A DNA stretch of 64,000 bases from an uncultured Candidatus Saccharibacteria bacterium (GTDB lineage: Bacteria > Patescibacteriota > WWE3 > 2-01-FULL-39-13). The stretch spans positions 22,734-86,733 of the forward strand of contig CAYJKF010000004.1 in NCBI GenBank assembly GCA_964370865.1. Direction: 5' to 3'. Shown one piece after another: positions 48,088 to 58,671 of this stretch (positions are counted from its first letter, which is position 1; every line of letters starts with the position of its first letter). A program made the position numbers and the translations under genes. The notes under the pieces are model-generated. The model saw only the letters and a list, made by a program, of their open reading frames with translations. It did not search any database and had not been told where the DNA came from.

Positions 48088-50593
48088 AGAGGTTACTTCG
48101 CTGATTTATTTCCTGTTCGATAATAAACTTATTTCGACCGTATTTTTCACTACTCGCCTCCTTGATTGCTCTTGCAACATCCAAACTACGTGGAGAATTC
48201 TGCATAGCATCCCAATCGGTTGTCATAGCAAACGCAGGTGAAGGCTGGTTGTTTATTAAAAGCTTCATGTATGCCCTACCCACCTTATTATTCATTAAAT
48301 CGCTTTGAGTAAAAGTTGGATGAAAATACTTTTCTAAATAATCCGCATCGTCAGTACCGATTCTAAAGACACCAATACTTCCGACATTTCCAAAAATAGC
48401 ATCTTTAATCTTTTCAGGAAGTTGGCCAATAAATTGGTTGGCAACTATCAAGTTCAATTTGTATTTTCTAGCCTCAGAAAGAATAGTCTCAATATCTGGA
48501 GTTGTGTAATTTTGGAACTCATCAATATATAAGTAAAAATCATCAATCTCTTCTCCCCTTTCCATTTTCTCAATACGGGCAAAGGCAGCGGTTAGAAGTC
48601 GTGGTACTAAAAGAAGTCCTAGGAATCTAGAATTTTCCTCTCCTAGTTTACCTTTAGAAAGATCAGCAAGAAGAATTTTCTTATTCTCCATAACATCCTT
48701 TAGATCAAAAGAAGATTTGGACTGACCAAGCATATAACGCATGGTTTTTTCTGTAATGAAACGGTCAAGTTTAGAAACAAAATAGCCCATGACCTCACCT
48801 TTTCTATTCTTTGTGGTATTGGCAATTTCGTGAATCCAATAACTTTTAACGACTGGATCTTGGATATAATCCAAATATTCCTTGTGGAAATTTTCATCAA
48901 CAAGTAATCGCATAACTTCAACAAGAGTTCCTCCCGGTTTGCACATAGCCGTCAACATACTATTTCTCAAAGCACGTTCTAATTGTGGGCCCATGATTCC
49001 TTGTTTATTTGGATCATAGAGTTCATAGAGCATATCTATAAACCGGTTAATTATCATGTCTTTTTCTTTATCCGTATTGACGTCGAGAAGGTTCAATCCC
49101 ATTGGTCTATCTGAACTTGGATCAAAATAAATTACATCATCCATTCTCTCTGGTGGAATTTGAGAGGCGATATCATGAACAGCCGAGCCGTGAGGATCAA
49201 TAAACGCAACGCCTTTACCAGCTTTAATATCTTGGATTGCGAGGAACTTCATAAATTCGGATTTACCTGTACCAGTGGTTCCTAGAACATACATGTGGCG
49301 GCGCCGATCTTCGTCTTGCATAAAGATTTTAACGTCTTGGCCTCTAAAGTTGGACGTTCCAAGGTACAAACCGCTGTCTGGCAGATCGATCGGCGCCGCA
49401 GAACCTTTACTTCGTAACCAATCTATTCTCGGTGTTCGAACATTTTTATTTGGAAGATGCCAAATTGAAGCTAATTCCTGAGTATTTAAAATGCTCCATC
49501 CTCTAAACCATTCCTTTTTGAATAAAGGTTTTATCTCAAAAGGAAGATTAATAACCTCAACAACTGGAAATAACCTACCTAAAAAAGATAAAACGAAATA
49601 TTTTTCGAATCGATCTTTCCCCTTTGTGATACTATTGTGATTTGGTGCATCAAACTGACTAAACGCACGTTCCAAATTAGACAAGTTAACCTTGGCGGTT
49701 ACTTCCTCATCAGAAACAGAAACCAGTCTGATTACAGTCTCAAATCCAACTTTACTAATTTTTGAACCAACTTTCTCTAAATATTCCTCGTCCATCCTAG
49801 TCATACCATTTCCTTTCGGTTTACCGTCCTTATCTGTTTTATTTTTATCCGAGACAAAATTCTTAATAAAAGTTTTACCAGACTTTTGCCATGAATCCCC
49901 AGCTGGCCTAATTATCATCTGATAAGCAACTCCTTCACCCGGGGCCAACTTGCTCATTGCAGAAGTTAAAACAGCAATTGGATCTGTTTTTAATTCTTCA
50001 TAGGTATTTAGTGGTAGATAATTTTCTTTTCTAAGAAGGAGTGAGCAAAATTCAACTCTCCCCCCTTTGCTCCAAATGTCCCAAGGCTCAACTACCTGCA
50101 TTTCGGCTTCAGAATAAATTCCGTTAAGTTGTTTTTCGACGAGTCCTGCTAAATGATTTGGCGCAACTACATAAAAATCAATTGATTCGTGCGATGCTAC
50201 AACTTCAAAAGAAATCGCATCCTGATTTTTAAGCGAGTTCTTGAAACCGCTTTTCTTTATTCCATAAAAACTACTATACATTTGCTCAATTGCCGCAGGT
50301 TCAATTTCGTTTTCCTCTGTAATTCTGATTTTGAAAAAAGTTTTATTGGCTAGTGAAACATCGCGATTTTTCATCTTCAATCTAATCAAATACGCCTTCA
50401 CACCAAAATACGCCACTACAACAACCAACAACAATACCACCAGAAAAATCGCAGCGAACTGCACGCTACCTATAAAAGTATCAGAAATATCAGGATTAAT
50501 ATTATTAGTTGGAGTAACCACAATCGTAGGTCTAGCCGTTGGCCTTGGAGTAATTATATTGTTTTGAGTTAAATGGAAATCGGCAGTTTGCAT
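48086..50593 (-). CDS. VirD4/TrwB/TraD-like P-loop NTPase with N-terminal TM anchor (coupling-protein family), paralog of 27302..29449
   Basis: TM FAAIFLVVLLLVVVVAYFGV, Walker A LGTTGTGKS, Walker B YLYIDEFQNY and ARKYKLNLIVANQ. Collinear with the 715-aa paralog. Confidence 0.6.
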   Translation of the reverse strand: MQTADFHLTQNNIITPRPTARPTIVVTPTNNINPDISDTFIGSVQFAAIFLVVLLLVVVVAYFGVKAYLIRLKMKNRDVSLANKTFFKIRITEENEIEPAAIEQMYSSFYGIKKSGFKNSLKNQDAISFEVVASHESIDFYVVAPNHLAGLVEKQLNGIYSEAEMQVVEPWDIWSKGGRVEFCSLLLRKENYLPLNTYEELKTDPIAVLTSAMSKLAPGEGVAYQMIIRPAGDSWQKSGKTFIKNFVSDKNKTDKDGKPKGNGMTRMDEEYLEKVGSKISKVGFETVIRLVSVSDEEVTAKVNLSNLERAFSQFDAPNHNSITKGKDRFEKYFVLSFLGRLFPVVEVINLPFEIKPLFKKEWFRGWSILNTQELASIWHLPNKNVRTPRIDWLRSKGSAAPIDLPDSGLYLGTSNFRGQDVKIFMQDEDRRRHMYVLGTTGTGKSEFMKFLAIQDIKAGKGVAFIDPHGSAVHDIASQIPPERMDDVIYFDPSSDRPMGLNLLDVNTDKEKDMIINRFIDMLYELYDPNKQGIMGPQLERALRNSMLTAMCKPGGTLVEVMRLLVDENFHKEYLDYIQDPVVKSYWIHEIANTTKNRKGEVMGYFVSKLDRFITEKTMRYMLGQSKSSFDLKDVMENKKILLADLSKGKLGEENSRFLGLLLVPRLLTAAFARIEKMERGEEIDDFYLYIDEFQNYTTPDIETILSEARKYKLNLIVANQFIGQLPEKIKDAIFGNVGSIGVFRIGTDDADYLEKYFHPTFTQSDLMNNKVGRAYMKLLINNQPSPAFAMTTDWDAMQNSPRSLDVARAIKEASSEKYGRNKFIIEQEINQRSNL

Positions 50594-50646
50594 CCTACCT
50601 AAATTTTAGCACGGAAAAATTAGTTTTTTAGGAAAGTTGAGTGGCC

Positions 50647-50979
50647 TCATTTTCTAATACTAGCTAGAACCTCACCCCAGGAAAAACCTTCTTCAGGAAC
50701 TACAGTATGTGGTCTCCTTACGAATGCTGGATCTTGTAAAGGCGTGGTTTGCTTGTTAGCCAACTCTGTAAATGTTGTTCTTGATGAAGTAATTACCGGT
50801 TCCTTAGGCGCTTCCTGATATGTGGAAGCAAGAGCTTGTGTAACAGCTCCCAACGCAGGTTCACCACGAACACTACCATCTGGCTCGTATACCGCTGCAG
50901 ATTCTCTAATATTACCTAATTCCGTTGGTGTCATTGCCATATCGCTCATATAATACCATATTATAGGCCTATTGTTCAA
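50647..50979 (-). CDS. hypothetical protein
   Basis: 110-aa ORF. Confidence 0.4.
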   Translation of the reverse strand: MNNRPIIWYYMSDMAMTPTELGNIRESAAVYEPDGSVRGEPALGAVTQALASTYQEAPKEPVITSSRTTFTELANKQTTPLQDPAFVRRPHTVVPEEGFSWGEVLASIRK

Positions 50980-51049
50980 TAGTCAACCCACAAATACTAA
51001 AATATACCCTACTAGACGATTCGCCATTGTTTGCCTATAATCGCTATGT

Positions 51050-51949
51050 ATGGTGAAGGTAGAAAACATAACAAAAACATTTGGAAACTTCAAAGCAGTT
51101 GATAATCTCTCATTCGAATTAAATAAAGGCGACGTAACAGGACTACTTGGACCAAATGGTGCAGGCAAAACAACGACCATGCGAATTATTACTTCATATT
51201 ACTTTCCTAATAACGGAAAAGTCACGATCGAAGACCTCGACACTCAAGAAAAAACTTTAGAAACACAAAAACTAATTGGATATCTTCCAGAAAATAATCC
51301 ACTATATTTCGACATGATTGTATACGACTTTTTAATGATGACAGCCAAATTAAATGGTGTAAAAACAAGTAAAGCAAAAGAAAAAATAATAGAAACTGCA
51401 AAAAAACTCGACATAACAAAAAAATTAATGTCACCAATTGGTGATTTATCAAAAGGATTTAGACAAAGAGTTGGATTAGCCTCTACCCTACTACACGATC
51501 CACACTTAATAATATTAGACGAACCAACCGAAGGATTAGATCCAGTTCAAAGGGAGGAAATTAGAAAACTAATTAAAGAACTATCAAAAGACAGAGCAAT
51601 TCTACTTAGCACACACGTATTACAAGAAGTAAAAGCTATGTGCAATAAAGTTATCGTTATAAATCAAGGAAAACTAGTTACTTCAGGAAGTCCAGACAAC
51701 CTTAGTGCTAAGAAAGGTCTAATAGTTAAAATTGAAGGCAACGATATAAAAAATATCTTACGTAAAAATCTAAAGAAAGATGATGATATTAAAGAATTAT
51801 CTTCTGAGGGCAACATAAAAACATTCCAAATTCACTCAAAAGATGAATTAAGAACTCAACTTTCTAAATTGTCCGCAGAAAATAAATGGACAATCTGGGA
51901 GATGCAAGTCGAAGACAACTTAGAAGAAGTATTTAAAAATTTAGGATAA
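51050..51949 (+). CDS. ABC transporter ATP-binding protein (GldA-like)
   Basis: Walker A GPNGAGKTTT, ABC signature LSKGFRQRV, Walker B ILDEPTEGLD. Confidence 0.85.
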   Translation: MVKVENITKTFGNFKAVDNLSFELNKGDVTGLLGPNGAGKTTTMRIITSYYFPNNGKVTIEDLDTQEKTLETQKLIGYLPENNPLYFDMIVYDFLMMTAKLNGVKTSKAKEKIIETAKKLDITKKLMSPIGDLSKGFRQRVGLASTLLHDPHLIILDEPTEGLDPVQREEIRKLIKELSKDRAILLSTHVLQEVKAMCNKVIVINQGKLVTSGSPDNLSAKKGLIVKIEGNDIKNILRKNLKKDDDIKELSSEGNIKTFQIHSKDELRTQLSKLSAENKWTIWEMQVEDNLEEVFKNLG

Positions 51950-51951
51950 AA

Positions 51952-54222
51952 ATGCAAAGACCAAAGATAAAACAACCAATTAGCTTTAAAAACATATTAG
52001 AAATAGCAACAAAGGAATTAAAAGGATTCTTCGACGGACTGTACGGATACCTTCTCCTTATCATTTTTCTTGGAGTCACCTACTTCTTATTCCTGCAATC
52101 CTTCTTTGTAATAGGAAGTGCATCCACAAGACAATTATTCGATTTACTTCCAATTTTCCTAATTATCTTTATACCAGCAGTCACAATGGCAACTTTCGCC
52201 AGAGAAAACGACAAACAAACAATTGAATATCTAGTTACCAAACCAGTATCAATCATTGAATTAGTGTTAGGAAAACTACTTTCTTCATTTACATTTGGTT
52301 CACTTGCCTTACTCCTAACCCTTCCACTTCCTTTTTTAATTAGAACCATCGGAAAAATTGACCTAGGTGAAACAGGAGCATCCTATTTAGCAGGTTTGCT
52401 ATTAATAATGGCACTATCTGCAGTCGGAATAATGGTCTCATCCTTCTTTAAAAATCAAATCGGCGCATTTTTAGTATCAGTTACCGTAGTTTTCTTACTA
52501 TATATAATCTCAAGCCAATCTGCAGTCAGTAATCTTCCAGAGCCAATCTCAAATTTTATATACCAACTTGGATTAAATAACTATTTCAACTCAATGATAA
52601 GAGGCGTTCTAAAACTCGGAGACATATTGTACTTTGGCCTACTTACCTTTATTGCAGTGTCAATTACGTACGTAAACCTACAAAAACAAAGGATTTCTAA
52701 TAAAAAAGAGTTATACAAAAAAGCGGTCTTAATAATATCCGCAGTAACTTTACTATCTTTTGGAGTAATTTATCTAAGTCAAACCTTTAAATTCAGAATC
52801 GATTTAACCGAAAGTAGAAAATATACCTTATCGAGTGCGACTAAAGAGGTATTAAATAAAGATGGAAAAGTAAAAATCGACGTATATGCTTCTGAGGGCA
52901 TGCCACAAGAATTTAAAACTGCATTTGATGAAGTCAAAAATATATTAGAGGATTACAAGTTAGAAGGACAAGACAAATTAGAAATAAGCTATTTGAATCC
53001 TAAAGATAACGAAGCTAGCCTAAGACAATTAGGAATTACTCCAATTCAATTCAGTATAGTTGGAGATGATCAATACTCGACTAAAGAAGGTTACCTAGGA
53101 CTTGTAATGAAGAATGAAGCTGGAGACAAAACACAGGTGATCCCCTTTGTCCGAAATGCCGAGGATATTAACAACCTAGAATACCAAATCACACGAATGA
53201 TTAATAAAATTAAACAAAGTGAGCCAACTAAGTTAGCCTTTGCCAGTGGAAATGGCGAATACGGTGAATTTGAAGATTACGGACTATTTGCCCAATTATT
53301 AGGCGATAATTTTGATGTACAGTCAACATATATCCCAGCAGAAGATATAGAAACAGAGGATACTAAAAAACCCGAAGAAAGTGGAACTTTTACACTTGAA
53401 GGCACAAACACTCTTTTAATAGCTAACCCCGCAGTCAAATATACAGATGATGCACTCAAAAAAATCAAAGATTTTCTTAATAATGGAGGAAAAGTAATCT
53501 ACGCAGTAGATGGACAAAATGTCGCCCCAACTGGACAAACACAACCTTTCGCAACAGATGAGGCACCACAAGGTGATTTATTTGCCGACCTAGGAGCTAA
53601 AATTACCACTGACACACTTTATGATTTACAATCCTATCAAACCGTTGGTGTCACAACAGAAACGGGTGCTCAAATTCCAGTTCCATATCCACTATTTCCA
53701 AGATTGATGAGAAAAGATGCAAGTATCAGTACAATGCCACAAGTTTTACAAACAGTCTGGCCTAATACCTTAAACATAGAAGATCAAAATAATTGGAAAA
53801 TTCTCTATGAATCAACCTCAAGAGCTGGAGTACTAACTGGTTTTCTAAATACAGATCCAAGCCAAAACTTTTCACAAGAAAATTTAAAGAGTTATCCAGT
53901 TATCGCATATAGAGATTTTGATAATGGTGGAAAATTAGTGATGGTCGCAAACGCAAGAATGCTAACAAATGACTATATTCGAAATGATGAATCACTCGCG
54001 GTATTCGCTTTAAGTTTATCCGAATCATTCGGAAACAATATTAAGTTATCAGAAATTAGAGCTAAAAATCTATTCACATCAAATTTCACAAAATTGGAAG
54101 AAAATGATAAAAATCTAATTAGATTTGGAGCACCTGTAATATCGGTTGCCCTCCTTGGACTACTAGGTGCGTCCAGGATCTATAGGAAAAAAAGATTAGC
54201 TAAATATATAAATACTTTATAA
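51952..54222 (+). CDS. fused ABC-2 permease / GldG-like auxiliary protein
   Basis: The N-terminal ~250 aa is a 6-TM ABC-2 permease. The C-terminal ~500 aa is a large extracytoplasmic domain with a C-terminal TM anchor (SVALLGLLGASRIYRKKR), the GldF+GldG architecture. Located immediately after the ATPase. Confidence 0.6.
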   Translation: MQRPKIKQPISFKNILEIATKELKGFFDGLYGYLLLIIFLGVTYFLFLQSFFVIGSASTRQLFDLLPIFLIIFIPAVTMATFARENDKQTIEYLVTKPVSIIELVLGKLLSSFTFGSLALLLTLPLPFLIRTIGKIDLGETGASYLAGLLLIMALSAVGIMVSSFFKNQIGAFLVSVTVVFLLYIISSQSAVSNLPEPISNFIYQLGLNNYFNSMIRGVLKLGDILYFGLLTFIAVSITYVNLQKQRISNKKELYKKAVLIISAVTLLSFGVIYLSQTFKFRIDLTESRKYTLSSATKEVLNKDGKVKIDVYASEGMPQEFKTAFDEVKNILEDYKLEGQDKLEISYLNPKDNEASLRQLGITPIQFSIVGDDQYSTKEGYLGLVMKNEAGDKTQVIPFVRNAEDINNLEYQITRMINKIKQSEPTKLAFASGNGEYGEFEDYGLFAQLLGDNFDVQSTYIPAEDIETEDTKKPEESGTFTLEGTNTLLIANPAVKYTDDALKKIKDFLNNGGKVIYAVDGQNVAPTGQTQPFATDEAPQGDLFADLGAKITTDTLYDLQSYQTVGVTTETGAQIPVPYPLFPRLMRKDASISTMPQVLQTVWPNTLNIEDQNNWKILYESTSRAGVLTGFLNTDPSQNFSQENLKSYPVIAYRDFDNGGKLVMVANARMLTNDYIRNDESLAVFALSLSESFGNNIKLSEIRAKNLFTSNFTKLEENDKNLIRFGAPVISVALLGLLGASRIYRKKRLAKYINTL

Positions 54223-54272
54223 ACCTCCACTAGGCGCTAGTATTAGAGTCATTATTCAGAGATACTATTATT

Positions 54273-55388
54273 GTGAAATGGCGCAAAGAATCTCCACATA
54301 AAAAAATATTAGCGATTCTGTCGATAATTGGCGCCGTTGCTATATGGGGAATCGCTACATCCATAGTTAAAGACACTATCCAAACGATTCCACCTTACAC
54401 ATTTCTATTTTTACGCTTTTTACTAGCAGGAATAATTACTATCCCAATATTTATCTATATAATCACAAAAGTTAAATTCGATCAAAAAAGAATAATCAAA
54501 ATCGTAATAGCATCTACGCTTGGTTATGTACTAGCTCTATCTCTATACTTCATTGCATTAACTCAAACAACCGCAGTGGATGCATCTCTAATTTCTTCTC
54601 TTACTCCCCTTCTTATAACTTTTTTGGCCTTCTTAATCCTTAGAGAACGAATAAAAGGACACCAAATTGAAGGATTATTAATAGCATTTATTGGAACATT
54701 TATAATTATCATCGAACCACTACTCTTTAGAAATACCTCTTCTGAATTATCTAGACTAGCGTTTCTAGGAAACATAATATTCTTACTTGGGATGATTGCT
54801 GACGCCTTTTATAACATTTATATAAAAAAATACATATTAGGCGACCGTGTAATAACTCCATTTAGGTTAATTATTATGGGGTATGTCGTTGCACTCGCAA
54901 TATTCACTCCACTTGCCCTGGTTGAGCAATATTCTATTTATAGTGCAAAAATTGAAGATCCAGTGTCTGAAAAACCATGTAAAATCGCCGACTATGATTC
55001 AAATATATACAGTAATGAAGTAGGTTGTGATACTTATGGATGCTATTATCAACCAGACAAAGAATACTTCTGTGCGACTAATTTTTCGAAACCAACCTTC
55101 ACTAAATTTGTAAAAAATAATCTAAGCGATTACTTAGGCCCAGGAACAATTAATAGCATATTGTTTATGTCTTTTGTATCCGGAATCCTAGCCTACATTC
55201 TATTTGCAGTTGGATTAAGGGAGTTAAATGCATCAAAAGTCTCAATTTTATACTACTTACAACCCGTTTTCGGAGTACCATTTGCTATGTTATATTTGTC
55301 TGAAAACATTACCTTTATGTTTATTGTGGGTGCTATACTAATACTCTCGGGCGTAGTTTGGGCCGAAAAACATCAAATAAAGAAATAA
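54273..55388 (+). CDS. EamA/DMT family transporter with Cys-rich loop insertion
   Basis: Two EamA-like 5-TM halves. An inserted segment CKIADYDSNIYSNEVGCDTYGCYYQPDKEYFC lies between the halves. Confidence 0.65.
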   Translation: MKWRKESPHKKILAILSIIGAVAIWGIATSIVKDTIQTIPPYTFLFLRFLLAGIITIPIFIYIITKVKFDQKRIIKIVIASTLGYVLALSLYFIALTQTTAVDASLISSLTPLLITFLAFLILRERIKGHQIEGLLIAFIGTFIIIIEPLLFRNTSSELSRLAFLGNIIFLLGMIADAFYNIYIKKYILGDRVITPFRLIIMGYVVALAIFTPLALVEQYSIYSAKIEDPVSEKPCKIADYDSNIYSNEVGCDTYGCYYQPDKEYFCATNFSKPTFTKFVKNNLSDYLGPGTINSILFMSFVSGILAYILFAVGLRELNASKVSILYYLQPVFGVPFAMLYLSENITFMFIVGAILILSGVVWAEKHQIKK

Positions 55389-55389
55389 T

Positions 55390-56046
55390 ATGGAATACCT
55401 TATTTTGTCTGACAGTCATTTTGAAGTTGGCGCACAAACCTCAAAAGTAAAATTTTATACAGATTTAATCTCAAAATACGACAACATTATATTAAACGGG
55501 GATTTTTACGAAGCTAAGTTTATAAAAACTAACAGGTTTCTAAACAGTAAAGTAAAACCTGTACTCGATGCATTACGTACTAAAAACGTGACCTATTTGT
55601 ATGGAAATCATGATCCTGAGGAAGTCGCTAAAGGGGTTGCCGAATATATCTCAAAAGAACAAGACGTTTATAAGAAAGTTGAAATTAACGGGAAAAAATA
55701 CCACATTGAACACGGAAACAGACTTGCCCCTCCCGACTCGGATAACTATCCCGACTGGTTGCTAAAACCTATGAATTTTATCGGCGGATTGATTCAGAGA
55801 TTCCTCCCCTTTGTAACAATGTATATGGGTACAAGATGGAATAACTCAGTTATAGAAAAACGTTATAACGACGGGATTATTAAAGTGGATGAGCTACTAG
55901 TGTGTGGCCATACTCATGTAACTGTTAATAAGCCTGAAATTAACTATATTAACTCAGGTTCATCAATGTTTAACGGCGGAAACTATATAGTAATCAACGA
56001 AAACGGTTATAAGATTTACCCATTTAAGTGTCTCAACAATTGTTGA
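55390..56046 (+). CDS. metallophosphoesterase (calcineurin-like)
   Basis: GDFYE...GNHD...GHTH motifs. Confidence 0.7.
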   Translation: MEYLILSDSHFEVGAQTSKVKFYTDLISKYDNIILNGDFYEAKFIKTNRFLNSKVKPVLDALRTKNVTYLYGNHDPEEVAKGVAEYISKEQDVYKKVEINGKKYHIEHGNRLAPPDSDNYPDWLLKPMNFIGGLIQRFLPFVTMYMGTRWNNSVIEKRYNDGIIKVDELLVCGHTHVTVNKPEINYINSGSSMFNGGNYIVINENGYKIYPFKCLNNC

Positions 56047-56080
56047 TGAAATCAGCACAATCTGATAAACTTTCTACGTT

Positions 56081-56389
56081 ATGAAAACAGGAATACACCC
56101 CGAATATCACAAAACAACTGTTACATGTTCATGTGGCAACTCATTTGAGGTTGGCACAACCGTAAAGAACATCACTGTTGAAATATGCTCAAATTGCCAT
56201 CCTTTTTGGACTGGTGCTGAAAAATTCGTCGATATGGAAGGAAGAGTAGATAAATTTAAGAGAAAACAAGATACAGCTGAAAAGGAGCGAAATAAGCGAA
56301 TTCTTGCAATTAAGGAGAAGATTGCAAAAGAAAAGGCTAGAAAAGACGCACCGAAATCATTGAAGGATATGCTTAAAACACTTCAATAG
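56081..56389 (+). CDS. rpmE: 50S ribosomal protein L31
   Basis: [11 protein letters not shown]-terminus and a CxxC...CxxC zinc ribbon (CSCGNS...[10 protein letters not shown]). Confidence 0.85.
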   Translation: MKTGIHPEYHKTTVTCSCGNSFEVGTTVKNITVEICSNCHPFWTGAEKFVDMEGRVDKFKRKQDTAEKERNKRILAIKEKIAKEKARKDAPKSLKDMLKTLQ

Positions 56390-56410
56390 ATCCCATTAGA
56401 CCGATATAAA

Positions 56411-57406
56411 ATGTTAGATATAGCTATAAGATCTCTTAAGGAACAACTTGAAGAACTAAAATCCAAAGCAGAGGAAACTACTAAAATGCTCGATACGCCT
56501 GACTTTAAAGAGATGGCTGAATCTGAGCTAATTGCTATAAATACACAAATCCAAGAATTAGAAAGCACTATCTATGAAATGGAAACTGGCACCCCTTCAA
56601 ATAAAGACAAATCAAGCTCTGCTAAAGGCCTAACTGGCGATTGTATCGTAGAAATTCGTGCAGGAACTGGTGGCGATGAGGCAGGTCTTTTTGCTGGAAG
56701 CCTTTTTGTAATGTATACAAGATTCGCAGAAAACCGTAAATGGAAGGTAGATGTACTTTCTAAAAACGAAGGCGGAATTGGAAATATAAAAGAAATTGTA
56801 TTTGAAATAAAAGGACGCTCAACGCCCTCTCCGTACGAGATGCTCGAATATGAAAGTGGAACCCATCGTGTGCAAAGAGTGCCTGTAACCGAATCTGGTG
56901 GCAGAATTCATACATCCACTGCAACTGTTGCCGTCTTACCAATCGTTGAAGAAAAGGAGCTCACTATTCGCCCTGAAGACTTACAAGTGGATACCTTTAG
57001 AGCTGGTGGTGCTGGCGGACAACATGTTAATAAAACTGAGAGTGCTATTAGAATCACTCACCTACCCACCGGTGTTGTTGTACAGTGCCAAGATGAGCGC
57101 AGTCAACATAAAAATAAAGAAAGAGCTATGTCCACATTACGTTCAAAATTATTTGAGATAATGCAAAGGCAACAAAAAAGTGACTTAGCTGAAATTAGAG
57201 CTGACCAAGTTGGTACTGGCGATAGGTCCGAGAAAATTAGAACTTATAACTTTCCACAGGATAGAATTACCGACCATAGAATTAAGAAAAGCTGGTTTGG
57301 AATTAATAAAACATTAATGGGTGAAATTCTGGATATGGTAAACGACACTAGACTTGCAATGAAGGAAAACCCTGATTTAGTAAATGCAACAAGCGACGAG
57401 GATTAA
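56411..57406 (+). CDS. prfA: peptide chain release factor 1
   Basis: GGQ motif ([20 protein letters not shown]) and a PVT tripeptide in the PxT codon-recognition loop. Confidence 0.8.
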   Translation: MLDIAIRSLKEQLEELKSKAEETTKMLDTPDFKEMAESELIAINTQIQELESTIYEMETGTPSNKDKSSSAKGLTGDCIVEIRAGTGGDEAGLFAGSLFVMYTRFAENRKWKVDVLSKNEGGIGNIKEIVFEIKGRSTPSPYEMLEYESGTHRVQRVPVTESGGRIHTSTATVAVLPIVEEKELTIRPEDLQVDTFRAGGAGGQHVNKTESAIRITHLPTGVVVQCQDERSQHKNKERAMSTLRSKLFEIMQRQQKSDLAEIRADQVGTGDRSEKIRTYNFPQDRITDHRIKKSWFGINKTLMGEILDMVNDTRLAMKENPDLVNATSDED

Positions 57407-57513
57407 ATCGTCCAGCAATCTTCAGACCTCCTAAAGATACAAGAACCGGAAATTATAACTTAACGGTTGAAATCGAACGGGCCAATCGGACATTCCCAAG
57501 GACTCCTACAATC

Positions 57514-58668
57514 TTATTGCTCGATTGACTGTAATCTAGCTTTTACAGTTACTTTTTCTCCGTCTCTATCTATAGTAATCTCAATATCTCTATCAGTAGG
57601 CTGATTTAATACTACTTTTGACAAAGTGTTATCGTCATCATCTAAAGCAATGCCGCCAATATGTGTAATGATATCTCCTCTTCTAATACCAGCCTTACTC
57701 GCAGGTGAATCAGCGACAACTCTCAAAATATAAGCGCCAGCCGGAATATTTTCTGTCTCCGACAATTCCAGAGAAATTATTTCAGCTTCAACACCTAAGA
57801 AAGGTCTGGTAATTTTTCCGCTTGTTTTAAATTCGTCTATCGAAGCCTTTAATCCATTGACTGGAATTGCGAAACCGATATTCTCGGCACCTTGCGAAAT
57901 AGCAACGTTAATACCAATCACTTGTCCATCAATATTTAATAGTGGCCCGCCTGAATTTCCTGGATTGAGGGCTGCGTCGGTTTGAATTACATCCTCAAGA
58001 AGCTCCGTTTCACCAAAATAACCGCTTTGCGCAATTATTCCACGCCCTAAACCTGAGACTATACCTTTTGTAGCGCTATTACCAAACTCGCCTAATGCAT
58101 TTCCAATAGCTATAACAGTCTGGCCTACTTGAATATGATCCGAATCGCCTAGTGTTAAAAATGGCAGTTTGTTGCCTTCTGTGTCTATTTTTAAAATGGC
58201 AAAATCGTATATTGGGGATCTGGTTATTTCCGCAACTTCATATCTTGCTTCATTCTCACCAATTACAACACTGTAGGTTACTTCTTCATCATCTACAACA
58301 TGTTTATTAGTAAAAATGTAACCTTGCTCACCATCGACAATAAAACCAGTTCCAATAGAATCTTCTGATTGAATTGGTCCTCTTCGTGAATCGAAATATT
58401 CTTCGGTTCTAACAACTGAAACAACGGCTGGAGTCGCATTTTTTACAACATCGATAACTGCGTTTTCTTCATCAACAACTTTAACTGTGACCCGATCGTT
58501 TGGTTGTAATATATTTCCTAAACCTGGATTTTGTGTTCCGCTAAATGCATTTCTCAGTGATTCAAACGGCTTAGATACGATACCTCCAAATCCCCTATTA
58601 AAATTTAATAAGATATAAAGAACAATTAAGCAAATTCCTAATATTATTAGTTTTCTATTTTCGGTCAT
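57514..58668 (-). CDS. HtrA/DegP-family serine protease with PDZ domain
   Basis: GNSGGPLLN catalytic Ser motif, a His/Asp triad region, a C-terminal PDZ and an N-terminal TM. Confidence 0.85.
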   Translation of the reverse strand: MTENRKLIILGICLIVLYILLNFNRGFGGIVSKPFESLRNAFSGTQNPGLGNILQPNDRVTVKVVDEENAVIDVVKNATPAVVSVVRTEEYFDSRRGPIQSEDSIGTGFIVDGEQGYIFTNKHVVDDEEVTYSVVIGENEARYEVAEITRSPIYDFAILKIDTEGNKLPFLTLGDSDHIQVGQTVIAIGNALGEFGNSATKGIVSGLGRGIIAQSGYFGETELLEDVIQTDAALNPGNSGGPLLNIDGQVIGINVAISQGAENIGFAIPVNGLKASIDEFKTSGKITRPFLGVEAEIISLELSETENIPAGAYILRVVADSPASKAGIRRGDIITHIGGIALDDDDNTLSKVVLNQPTDRDIEITIDRDGEKVTVKARLQSIEQ

Positions 58669-58671
58669 TTG

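Noticed and set aside
48700-53468. Embedded or antisense ORFs 48700..48924, 49275..49481, 49692..49922, 50331..50567, 50983..51180, 51222..51452, 52080..52349 and 53277..53468
   Set aside because: Lie within the VirD4-like and ABC genes.
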